From the NCBI GenBank assembly GCA_030550395.1, contig JAUQPL010000006.1, positions 4,624-68,623 on the forward strand: a stretch of 64,000 bases of DNA, read 5' to 3'. A model generated the notes under the pieces. It saw only the letters and a program-made list of their open reading frames with translations. It ran no database searches and was not told where the DNA came from. This document shows, in pieces, positions 9,634-18,665 of this stretch (position 1 is the stretch's first letter; each line of letters begins with the position of its first letter). Source of the DNA: Bacteroidota bacterium (GTDB lineage: Bacteria > Bacteroidota > Ignavibacteria > Kapaibacteriales > HRBIN21). Position numbers and translations under genes: made by a program.

Positions 9634-10332
9634 ATGCCGACAGCGGTGATTACAGGTGCCAGTGGTGGTGCTGGACGCGTGGTGACACGGTACTTCCTGG
9701 AGCAAGGATGGGATGTGCAGGCACATTGTCATAGCGATGCTGGGGTAGAACAGCTCCGTCAATTCCTTCCAGCAGAGCTGCAGCATCGTCTGAGTATCAG
9801 TATCGGCGATTTGGGGCAGCCTGGGATTGCTGAGCAATGTATTGCGGATGCTCCTGCGCCGGTTCAGGCGGTAGTGCATTTGGTCGGGGGCATTAAGGCG
9901 GGGACGGGGTTAGAAGAGACAAGCCCGGAGACACTGGAGGAGATGTGGCGGATTAACGTACAGACGACCTTCATGGTGCTACGGGCGGCGCTACCGGTAC
10001 TGCGGCAGACCGGTGGAGCAATTGTAACTGTGGCGGCGAAGGCGGCGCTGCATCCGGAGATGCGAAAATCAGCTTATGCAGCGGCAAAGGCGGCCGTTAT
10101 TGCGCTTACACAAGCGGCGGCCGAGGAGGGACGCCCTTATGGAGTGCGGGCAAATGTGGTCGTTCCCAGTATTCTACGGACACCGGCAAATCTGGAGTGG
10201 GCGCGTGAGGGTGAAGAACGCCAGTGGGTGTCGGTGGAGGAGTTTGCCGCTGCTATCTTTGCTTTGTGCTCGGATGAGGGACGTGCTGTCAGCGGAGCTA
10301 TCATCCCAATGTACGGTGGTATTCCAGCGTGA
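9634..10332 (+). CDS. short-chain dehydrogenase/reductase
   Basis: 'TGASGGAG' Rossmann motif, 'YAAAK' catalytic motif. Confidence 0.88.
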   Translation: MPTAVITGASGGAGRVVTRYFLEQGWDVQAHCHSDAGVEQLRQFLPAELQHRLSISIGDLGQPGIAEQCIADAPAPVQAVVHLVGGIKAGTGLEETSPETLEEMWRINVQTTFMVLRAALPVLRQTGGAIVTVAAKAALHPEMRKSAYAAAKAAVIALTQAAAEEGRPYGVRANVVVPSILRTPANLEWAREGEERQWVSVEEFAAAIFALCSDEGRAVSGAIIPMYGGIPA

Positions 10333-10340
10333 GGGGGGCG

Positions 10341-11459
10341 ATGGAGACTGTAGCCATCATCATGGCAGGGGGGAGTGGGGAGCGTTTCTGGCCCCTTAGT
10401 CGGCAACAACGTCCTAAGCAGCTCCTGCGCCTGACAGCTTCCGGACGGACGCTCGTGGAGGAAACGGTCGAGCGGCTTTCAGGGGTAGTCTCTGGAGAGC
10501 ACATCTATGTGCTTACGTCAGCACCGTTACAAGCGCTGATACGCCGGACATTGCCTCAGGTACCGCCGGCTCATATTATCGCCGAGCCCGTGCGTCGCAA
10601 TACAGCTGCCTGCTTGGTTTTGGCGGCAGCTATTGTTGTGGAGCGGTTTGGTGAGCCCTCGCGTCTTCTCATGGCAGCTTTTCCTTCGGACCATCTGGTC
10701 GAACCCCTAGAGGAGTTCCAGCGCACCCTCCGAGCGGCACTCCAGTGGGCAGAGCAGGGGGAGGATATCGTCACCATTGGCATCCCTCCAGTACGCCCGG
10801 AGACGGGCTACGGCTATCTGGAGTTAGGCGAGGAGTTGGGGGAGGCAGAAGGCGTGACCGTCTATCGGGTTCGCCGTTTCCGGGAAAAGCCCAGCCGGGA
10901 GGTTGCGGAAGAGTTTGTCAACACTGGACGCTTCCTGTGGAACAGTGGTATGTTCTTCTGGAGACTGGACCTCTTCCTGCGGGCTCTCGAGCAGCACATG
11001 CCGGCTTTCTGGTCTCATTGGGATTTGCTCCGCCGTCTGGTTCGTCCGTGGTTGGAGCAGCCGGTGGAGGGGGCATATCCGGGTTTGGATGCGGTGTTTA
11101 GCGCTATGCCCGATGTTTCTATTGACTATGCTCTTGCCGAACGGGCAGAGCGTATTGCGACCGTGCGCGCCTCGTTCCGATGGGATGACTTGGGAGCTTG
11201 GGATGCTCTGGAGAGGGTTTTCCCCCCTGATAGCCAAGGTAACGTTGTCAGCGGGGAGGTAGTCCTTCTGGAGTCTCAGGGCTGTATTGCGTTGGACGCC
11301 CGTACGCATCCCCGCTCCATAGTGACGCTTTTAGGCTTGCGTGACTGTGTCGTTGTCCTCACCGATGATGCCATCCTCTGCTGCGCGAAGACGCACGTGC
11401 AGCAGGTGCGGGGTCTTGTAGCGTATCTCCGCGAACATGGCTACGAAGCGGTGCTCTAA
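10341..11459 (+). CDS. manC: mannose-1-phosphate guanylyltransferase
   Basis: 'MAGGSGERFWPLSR..RPKQ', 'EPVRRNTA', 'ETGYGY', 'FREKP', 'WNSGMF', 'WDDLGAW'. Confidence 0.9.
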   Translation: METVAIIMAGGSGERFWPLSRQQRPKQLLRLTASGRTLVEETVERLSGVVSGEHIYVLTSAPLQALIRRTLPQVPPAHIIAEPVRRNTAACLVLAAAIVVERFGEPSRLLMAAFPSDHLVEPLEEFQRTLRAALQWAEQGEDIVTIGIPPVRPETGYGYLELGEELGEAEGVTVYRVRRFREKPSREVAEEFVNTGRFLWNSGMFFWRLDLFLRALEQHMPAFWSHWDLLRRLVRPWLEQPVEGAYPGLDAVFSAMPDVSIDYALAERAERIATVRASFRWDDLGAWDALERVFPPDSQGNVVSGEVVLLESQGCIALDARTHPRSIVTLLGLRDCVVVLTDDAILCCAKTHVQQVRGLVAYLREHGYEAVL

Positions 11460-12751
11460 TGGCGACCCTGTTGGTCAATATCGGGCAGTTGGTCACCGTG
11501 CGAGCAGATGGAGCACGCTGGAAAGCAGGACCAGCGATGCAGGAACTGGGTATTCTCCAGCGGGCGGCAATGGTCGTTGGAGAGCGGATCCACTGGATTG
11601 GTCTACCGGAGGAGGCGTATCAGCTCCAGGCTGCAGGACTCCTTCAATGGGAGGAGGTCTATGATGTTGGCGGACGGGTTATTGTCCCGGGTTTTGTGGA
11701 TGCACATACCCATGCGGTATTCGTTGGCTCACGTGCCCATGAATACCGCCGCCGGTTAGGTGGTGCCACTTATCAGCAGATTGCTGCTGCCGGAGGCGGC
11801 ATTATGGCGACGGTCCAAGCGGTGCGTCACGCAAGCGAGGAAGAGCTGATAGCGGCTGCACGCCCACTCCTGTGGCGAGCTTTGCAGCATGGGACGACCA
11901 CAATGGAGATAAAGAGTGGCTATGGACTGACAACTGCTGACGAGTTGAAGCTCCTGCGCGTTATCCGCCGCCTGGCGCAGGAGCTACCTTTGCGGATTAT
12001 CCCCACATTCCTCGGCGCCCATGCAATCCCACCGGAGTACCGTGACCGACGTGCTGACTACGTAGACTTGCTCTGTTACGAGATGATCCCCGCTGTCGCT
12101 GCTGAAGGATTGGCGGAGTATTGCGATGTCTTCGTTGAAGAGGGCTACTTCACCTTGGAGGAAGCTGAGCGCATTCTGCAGACGGCGCAGCAGTATGGGA
12201 TGCGTGTGCGCGTCCACGCCGATGAGCTAACCCCATTGGGGGCAGCGGAATTAGCGGCTCGGCTTGGGGCAGTTTCGGCAGACCATTTGTTGTTTGTGTC
12301 GGACGTAGGAATTGAGGCTCTGCGGGCTTCCGGGACAATTGCAACCCTTTTGCCCGGGACAGCCTATACACTGCGCCTTCCCTACGCCCCTGCCCGCAAG
12401 TTGATTGCGGCGGATGTCCCCGTAGCTTTGGCAACAGATTGCAACCCTGGTTCGTGCTTCTGTGAAAACATGCAGATGATTCTCTCGCTTGCATGTCAGG
12501 ACATGGGGATGTTGCCTGAGGAAGCGCTTGTTGCCGCAACGCTGAATGCAGCCGCAGCCTTGGACCGGTCCCATGAGCTGGGAAGCCTTGAGGTGGGAAA
12601 ATACGCCGACTTCCTCGTCCTCCAGCTCCAGGATGTCATAGAGCTGTTTTACCACTTCGGTGTCAACCATGTCGCTGAGGTATGGATCGGAGGGCGGCGC
12701 GTTTGGCGGGTGCCTCCGGATGTAACAAAACCGAGCTCCCCCGTGTCATAA
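11459..12751 (+). CDS. hutI: imidazolonepropionase
   Basis: 'PGFVDAHTHAVF', 'EIKSGYGL', 'TFLGAHA', 'HADEL', 'SADHL', 'ATDCNPGS'. Confidence 0.95.
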   Translation: MATLLVNIGQLVTVRADGARWKAGPAMQELGILQRAAMVVGERIHWIGLPEEAYQLQAAGLLQWEEVYDVGGRVIVPGFVDAHTHAVFVGSRAHEYRRRLGGATYQQIAAAGGGIMATVQAVRHASEEELIAAARPLLWRALQHGTTTMEIKSGYGLTTADELKLLRVIRRLAQELPLRIIPTFLGAHAIPPEYRDRRADYVDLLCYEMIPAVAAEGLAEYCDVFVEEGYFTLEEAERILQTAQQYGMRVRVHADELTPLGAAELAARLGAVSADHLLFVSDVGIEALRASGTIATLLPGTAYTLRLPYAPARKLIAADVPVALATDCNPGSCFCENMQMILSLACQDMGMLPEEALVAATLNAAAALDRSHELGSLEVGKYADFLVLQLQDVIELFYHFGVNHVAEVWIGGRRVWRVPPDVTKPSSPVS

Positions 12752-12809
12752 GTCGGACATAAGGATGCACAGTGGTGCCAGTTACAGTGTGGTGGCGGAG
12801 CAAGGGAGA

Positions 12810-13190
12810 ATGGATTCCTCTGCGACGTATATGGAAGCAACTCAGATGAAGCTGCCGCCAGCACCGAAGGAATGGGACAACGACGAGCCTAAAGTCCTGA
12901 AAGGCTTTCGGCAGAGGGATGCCCAAGCCTTTTAGCAGCTCTGCCGACAGTATGCTTGCGGAGTATACCGCTTCTGCTTGCGGATGCTCGGTGATGCTAC
13001 CAGCGCTGAAGACGCCTTCCAGGATACGTGCCTACAAACGACGACAAAGCCTCTGGGGAGAGAATTTCCGAGCCTGGCTGTTCCGTATCGCTCACTGGGT
13101 TTGCTCAATTCCCGGCGCCAACAGCGCGTAGTGGACGGTTTCTCTGAAGAGGGACTACCTGGAACCTGTCCGAATACGCATGGGCATTGA
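12810..13190 (+). pseudogene. ECF sigma factor pseudogene (region 2 remnant)
   Basis: 'RDAQAF*QLCRQYACGVYRFCLRMLGDATSAEDAFQDTCL' with TAG at 12933; 'ENFRAWLFRIAH' in another frame; region 4 not found. Confidence 0.8.
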
Positions 13191-13365
13191 GGGGCAGTGG
13201 ATACCCTCGTTGGAAGGGACAAAGCCTTCGCTGGATTACATCCGCTGCTGGGCTGTCGGCGAAGTTGTGAAAAAACGGGATTGTAGCAGTGCAAGAAGAG
13301 GAAAGTTGTTATATTAGCAGGTGTACGTAGATGTTACGTTGTTCCACAACAGCAGGAGGGGTGTG

Positions 13366-15333
13366 ATGGCTTACACGAAGTGCTACTACGCAGGACTTCT
13401 TGTGGGGAGTGCCCTGCTCGTAAGTGGGCTTTCTGCTGGGCAGAAGCCAGCGGTAGCGCAAACGGCATCTATAGTACGATACGATTTCCGCTTGCCCGAA
13501 AACTTGCCCAGCTATCCGGTGGCTGGCTCGCCAAAAGTATTCTCGCTGCGGAACGGGTATGCTCCGGTCCGTCTGCACGAACAGCAGCCCAGAGTATCCC
13601 TTTTGCGACTGCCGGCGCGTACACTGCAGACTCCCCCTGGAGTCAAGATTGGCAGTACTTCCTACGATTGGCAGACGAACTTTCTCAGTAAAAACCGCAT
13701 GGTGTGGGTATCGGGAGAGGGAGTATTGCAGTTGGTATGGATGGCGGGCAGCAATAGCCCCGATAGCGGTTGGCCGGATCGGGGAACGTATTACGCCGCT
13801 GTCGATCTTAGCGATCTCCAAAACCCCCAGGCGATTCCAACGCAGCGAGGGTGGGTCCGCATTGAGCCGAGGCGTACGGGCTGGCCAGCGGCAGCAGAGC
13901 TGCCGGGAGGAGGGGTAGCCTTTGTTTCCCATACCCCGCTCCGGCTGGGAAAGAACGGTGGCGTCCTGGATGAGAGCTGGACGGTGACGGATATAGGACC
14001 TGCTGGGAGCCTCTGGCCATATATGACCAGTACTCCCGAGGGGGCGCTCCATGTGGTTTACACTTATAGCAGTGGTGACAATGCTGGGCAGGTGGGCTAC
14101 CTCCGCTCCACAGACCAAGGTCAAACGTGGAGTCAAGAGGTCTTCCTTTCCGGGGGAGATGCCCCGCAGGGTATACAAGGGGCGGATCACTACGCTATTG
14201 AGTTTGGAGGTGGAAAGCTTGTGGCTGCTTATTATGCTATACCTTTGCAGACAGGACCCGGTATCGTATTGCGGATTTCCACCGACAACGGGCAGACCTG
14301 GAGCCAGGCAATTGGACTCTTCCCGGGTCAGTTTCAGCTAACCCAGTATGTGGATAGTACAACCGTCCAGGAAAGCGATACCCTACGGGTGACCACAACG
14401 TATTTCCACACCGATACCACTACAGGCGTTGACGGCTATAGCCTCCTTGTGGATGCTCAAGGAAGATGGCATATTCTTGCAACGTTGGCACAGTATTACC
14501 TAACGGGGCAGATTACCAGGAGAGATACGTTGCCGCAGGGAGGGACGGGAATCGATACTACATATGCTCTTGCGATTGCAGCTGTAAATCCTGTTGCTGC
14601 CTATGCTGTCGAAGGGAGTCAGCAGCCGGTATTGGTGCCTCTTCCACAGCCTGTATTGGATGCTACAGGGCAAGTGGTCCGCGTGCTCCATCGGGCTATG
14701 GATGGATACGTTGATCGGATTAAGTTGGGGATGGATGATGCCGGTCAGCTTTATGCTGTCTTCATTGCGCCGGCGGAAGGTGATACGTTTAGTGTTGATG
14801 GGGTAACCTATGGCTACGGTCACCTCTATGTGACTGCGGAAGTGAATACCCAGTGGACGACTCCTCAGAACCTCTCCCCGAACGGTATAGACTGTAGTTT
14901 CCCCACTGCCTCTAAGGGTGGTCCGGCAGGATATGCTCTCGTTGCATATCAGGCGGGGACAGTACCTGGTTCCTTCGTACAAGGAGCAGTATGGGAGCCG
15001 GGCAAAGATGATGATATTTACGTTTACGCTCACGGGCTTCCTGTTGGGGTGCGGGAAACGGAGGTTCCCGGAGCGGTTCAACTCCTGGTGCAACCCCATC
15101 CTCTGACGCAGTCAGGGTATGCGCAACTGCGGAGCGTGGAGGCCGGATGGGTAACCGTGGAGCTGTATACGTCAATTGGCGCGAAGCTGCAGACGCTCTA
15201 CGATGGTTGGCTCAACGCAGGTGAGACTCGCTTGCTGTGGTTGAATATCACGGAGCTGTCTTCAGGGGTCTACTATCTGAAGCTCCGCTTTAACGGGAAG
15301 CCCTTTGTGCGGCAGATTGTTGTGCTGCGCTGA
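13366..15333 (+). CDS. secreted BNR/Asp-box beta-propeller-like protein with T9SS type A sorting domain
   Basis: SD AGGAGG; signal peptide; 'STDQGQTW', 'STDNGQTW'; CTD 'VQPHP...LYTSIGAKLQTL...LSSGVYYLKL...QIVVLR'. Confidence 0.8.
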   Translation: MAYTKCYYAGLLVGSALLVSGLSAGQKPAVAQTASIVRYDFRLPENLPSYPVAGSPKVFSLRNGYAPVRLHEQQPRVSLLRLPARTLQTPPGVKIGSTSYDWQTNFLSKNRMVWVSGEGVLQLVWMAGSNSPDSGWPDRGTYYAAVDLSDLQNPQAIPTQRGWVRIEPRRTGWPAAAELPGGGVAFVSHTPLRLGKNGGVLDESWTVTDIGPAGSLWPYMTSTPEGALHVVYTYSSGDNAGQVGYLRSTDQGQTWSQEVFLSGGDAPQGIQGADHYAIEFGGGKLVAAYYAIPLQTGPGIVLRISTDNGQTWSQAIGLFPGQFQLTQYVDSTTVQESDTLRVTTTYFHTDTTTGVDGYSLLVDAQGRWHILATLAQYYLTGQITRRDTLPQGGTGIDTTYALAIAAVNPVAAYAVEGSQQPVLVPLPQPVLDATGQVVRVLHRAMDGYVDRIKLGMDDAGQLYAVFIAPAEGDTFSVDGVTYGYGHLYVTAEVNTQWTTPQNLSPNGIDCSFPTASKGGPAGYALVAYQAGTVPGSFVQGAVWEPGKDDDIYVYAHGLPVGVRETEVPGAVQLLVQPHPLTQSGYAQLRSVEAGWVTVELYTSIGAKLQTLYDGWLNAGETRLLWLNITELSSGVYYLKLRFNGKPFVRQIVVLR

Positions 15334-15355
15334 ACCTAACTGAATACAACCGCTG

Positions 15356-15389
15356 GGCTCCCTGTTCCGACTTCACGGAACGGGGAGCC
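15356..15389 (+). other. 14-bp intergenic stem-loop without U-tract
   Basis: GGCTCCCTGTTCCG-acttca-CGGAACGGGGAGCC (one G-U pair). Confidence 0.6.
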
Positions 15390-15440
15390 TGCATTCCCTC
15401 AGAGTCAGAAAAAGTCTCACAGACGAGCTGAGGAGTTATC

Positions 15441-18400
15441 ATGCGCCGTGCGGTGCTATGGACTACTGTAGCGATGGTGGTTCTCTCTTCATCATTGTGG
15501 GCAGGCATCTACGGTGTCCTGGCGGGGAAGGTAACGGATAAAGAGGGGAAGCCTATCCCAGGCGCCACTATTCGCATTGAGGGGACAACCCTTGGCGGCT
15601 TCGCACGCCCGGATGGACGCTTCAGTATTGTGAATGTGCCGGCGGGCTCCTATACGGTAGTAGTCCGCGCCGTTGGTTACCGGGAAGTGCGGCTTCAGGT
15701 GCGGATTTCTGCTGACCAGACTACAGAGATCGCCGTGCAGTTGGAGCCAGAGGCTGTCCGGGTACAGGAAGTTACGGTGGAGGCAAAGGCTCCTTTGGTA
15801 GAAAAGTACGCCATTGGAACACTGCGCAACGTCACTTCGGAAGAACTCCGCAATATTCCACGGCAAACGGTGCAGCAGGTAGCTTTATTGACTCCTGGAG
15901 TCTTGGCAGCAGGCAATGGATTCATCGTTCGAGGGAGTCGGGCGATTGAAACTCAGATCCGCCTGGATGGGTTGGATATTGCTGATCAATTTGTGGGAGC
16001 CTTCGGCAATGGTGGCTTCCGTTATTTCCCGACGGTCAGCAACTTGGCGGTGGAGGAAGTGCAGGTGTTAACGGGGAATTTTGCGGCGGAATACGGTAAT
16101 GCTCTGGGTGGGGTGGTCAACACGGTCACGAAAACAGGGCGAACCGACCGTTACGAAGCAACGTTGCGGTTCTATACCGATGACATCGGTTTCCTTTACG
16201 GAACTGCGAGGAATGGGCTCCAGAGGCTACCTCAGAAAGAGTACAACTATGAACTTGCCTTCGGTGGACCAATTCCGTTGCTGAGTGGATCTACGTTTTA
16301 CTTGGCGGCGCAGTATGTCACGAATCGCCACCGCAACGCCGGACTGGATGTCAGGGATCCGTGGGGCAATAGTTGGGGACAGCTTCCGCAAGATCGGACC
16401 TGGATGCGTTCGCTGAGCGCGCGAGCCAAGTTTGCTTTAACCAAAGATGTGAGTCTCTTGCTCGGTGGTATGTTCGGTCTTACCGACTATGAACGTCCAT
16501 CCATCGGTTGGATGTATGCCCGGGATGAAGGGGTTGTGGATGGAGTCTCTAACGGTGTGCAGGAGTACTTCGCTAAGCGGGCTGTTATTGACCAGTTTGT
16601 GGGAAATGTACTGGCCCGTATTACCCATACACTTAGCCAGACCACGTACTACGAGCTGACGGTTTCCAACACGTGGAACGTCAACGAGGTATCCCGACGG
16701 TACTTAGCGTATGAACCTGGAAAAGGGTGGGTCAAAGGGTACTTTGACCGTCCCCATTTCTTTAAAGGCTTTGACCTTTGGTACCCGCAGGATGACTACG
16801 TCATTGAAGGAAATCAGCTCTTGCCAAAGGCTCTCCGAGGTGAGGTTGGGGACAAGGTCATAGACCATTACTCGCTGCTGACTGGACAGACGGTAAGCGA
16901 GGATGGATATCTCATTACTGTCCGACCTATTCGGCATCCATGGACGGGGTATGTGGAGGGGAGTAGCAATGCGACGAGCACGCGTAATCCATACGGGTTG
17001 CAGGCTTTCTTTGCCGCTGCTGGGAACGAGCGTGCTTTTGAGTTCCGCTATTCACAGTACTTCCAGGTAGACGGCTATATTACTAGCCGGGTCGAAGTTG
17101 GGGATATTGTCCACTTGCTCAAAGCTGGCTTTGAGACACGTTTTCTCACGCTGCATCATCACTACAACAGCCTTCCGTGGGATGGAAATGCCTTCTTTGA
17201 CGTGTATACCGATCGCTGGGGTGGCAATATCTATGCGGAAAACCGGCAGGTATGGGAGCTGACCAGCAAGCCATATAAGCCTTACACGATTGCCGCTTAT
17301 GTGCAGGATCAGTTCACCTACCGTGGGATGATCCTCAATCTGGGCTTGCGTTTTGACTACTTCCAGCCCAATGCGAAGTACCGGACCGAATCGCAGCGCT
17401 TTATCCCGATCCAAGAGCAGGCTTACTTTGCACCGGCAACGGCAAAGCTGCTGTTGAGTCCGAGGGTATCTATCAACTACCCTATTACTGAGCGCTCTAC
17501 CTTTTCGGTTGCCTACGGTATCTTCCAACAGATGCCGCAGCCGAATTTCCTCTACGATGCTCTTAACACCTTCCGACTACGGGGCAATCAGATCTTAGGC
17601 AATCCTAATCTGGGAACCCAGCGCAGTAACCAATACCAGGTTTCCTATGCCCATGCTTTGACGGAAGACTTCGCTGTGGATGTAACGGCCTTCTACAAGG
17701 ACATTTATAACCAGGTGGGGCTGCGGTATGTGCCTACGTTGCCAGACCCGTACTCAGAGTACACCGTTGCAGAGTATGGAAACGTGCGGGGAGTGGAAGT
17801 AAGGTTGCGGCGTCGTCCAGTAGGGAACTTCGCCTTTGACATCAACTACACCCTTTCCTATGCTCGGGGCACTGCTTCCGGACCCACAACACAGTATCGG
17901 CAGACGATCCTCTCTGGCGAGGACCCCTATACAGGTACAAAGACATTCCCGCTGACAGAGTACTTCTTGGACTACGACCGTCGCCATGTGGTCAACTTTA
18001 CCCTCTCCTTCTTCCTGCGCGAGGGTGAGGGTCCCTCCATTGCAGGACTGCGCCTTCTGGAGAACACAACGCTCAGCTTGACGGGATTCTTCCGTACCGG
18101 CACGCCATACACCCAACGTGATCGCCAAGGGAACCAAGTTGGAGAGTACAACGGCGCACGGCAGCCTTCGGATTGGACAGTGGACATGCGGCTGCAGCGA
18201 GCTATACCGCTTCGCTTACTCTTCGGTGAAGCCTTCCAAAATGCGACGTTGGAGCTATATGTGGATATCTTCAACGTGCTCAACAACACTAAGCCTGTGG
18301 CAGTCTACGAGCGTACAGGCAGTCCGGATTACGATGGGGTAGATCTCAATCGGCAAATTGGTGATTTCAGCATCGTGAACTGGTATAAGGACCCTGATCC

Positions 18401-18608
18401 GAACCGTCCCGAGACGTTTAGCCCAGCGCAGTACGACAGTTATGGGCGCCGTCTCTATTCACCCGATGCAGACTTCAACCGAGATGGTGTTGTTACCCAG
18501 GAAGAGAAATACCAGAGTTACCTGCGATGGGTGCGGGATACGATTGCCCGCCAGCTTAACTACCGCTTACCACGTTCGGTGAACGTAGGTTTTGTCCTGC
18601 GCTTCTGA
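15441..18608 (+). CDS. TonB-dependent receptor with N-terminal carboxypeptidase-regulatory-like domain
   Basis: Plug 'IVRGSR...LDG...EEVQVLTGNFAAEYGNALGGVVNTVTKTG'; barrel motifs 'YVQD', 'NLGLRFDY', 'SPRVS', 'GNPNL'; C-terminal 'GFVLRF'. Confidence 0.92.
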   Translation: MRRAVLWTTVAMVVLSSSLWAGIYGVLAGKVTDKEGKPIPGATIRIEGTTLGGFARPDGRFSIVNVPAGSYTVVVRAVGYREVRLQVRISADQTTEIAVQLEPEAVRVQEVTVEAKAPLVEKYAIGTLRNVTSEELRNIPRQTVQQVALLTPGVLAAGNGFIVRGSRAIETQIRLDGLDIADQFVGAFGNGGFRYFPTVSNLAVEEVQVLTGNFAAEYGNALGGVVNTVTKTGRTDRYEATLRFYTDDIGFLYGTARNGLQRLPQKEYNYELAFGGPIPLLSGSTFYLAAQYVTNRHRNAGLDVRDPWGNSWGQLPQDRTWMRSLSARAKFALTKDVSLLLGGMFGLTDYERPSIGWMYARDEGVVDGVSNGVQEYFAKRAVIDQFVGNVLARITHTLSQTTYYELTVSNTWNVNEVSRRYLAYEPGKGWVKGYFDRPHFFKGFDLWYPQDDYVIEGNQLLPKALRGEVGDKVIDHYSLLTGQTVSEDGYLITVRPIRHPWTGYVEGSSNATSTRNPYGLQAFFAAAGNERAFEFRYSQYFQVDGYITSRVEVGDIVHLLKAGFETRFLTLHHHYNSLPWDGNAFFDVYTDRWGGNIYAENRQVWELTSKPYKPYTIAAYVQDQFTYRGMILNLGLRFDYFQPNAKYRTESQRFIPIQEQAYFAPATAKLLLSPRVSINYPITERSTFSVAYGIFQQMPQPNFLYDALNTFRLRGNQILGNPNLGTQRSNQYQVSYAHALTEDFAVDVTAFYKDIYNQVGLRYVPTLPDPYSEYTVAEYGNVRGVEVRLRRRPVGNFAFDINYTLSYARGTASGPTTQYRQTILSGEDPYTGTKTFPLTEYFLDYDRRHVVNFTLSFFLREGEGPSIAGLRLLENTTLSLTGFFRTGTPYTQRDRQGNQVGEYNGARQPSDWTVDMRLQRAIPLRLLFGEAFQNATLELYVDIFNVLNNTKPVAVYERTGSPDYDGVDLNRQIGDFSIVNWYKDPDPNRPETFSPAQYDSYGRRLYSPDADFNRDGVVTQEEKYQSYLRWVRDTIARQLNYRLPRSVNVGFVLRF

Positions 18609-18665
18609 CAGCGTAACGCATAAGTTTATGAGAGATTGTCAAACTCAGGAGACGGGGGATATGTG

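Noticed and set aside
12933..12935. In-frame TAG as possible recoding or readthrough
   Set aside because: Accompanied by frameshifts and truncation, and TAG is a normal stop elsewhere in the window; decay is the simpler explanation.
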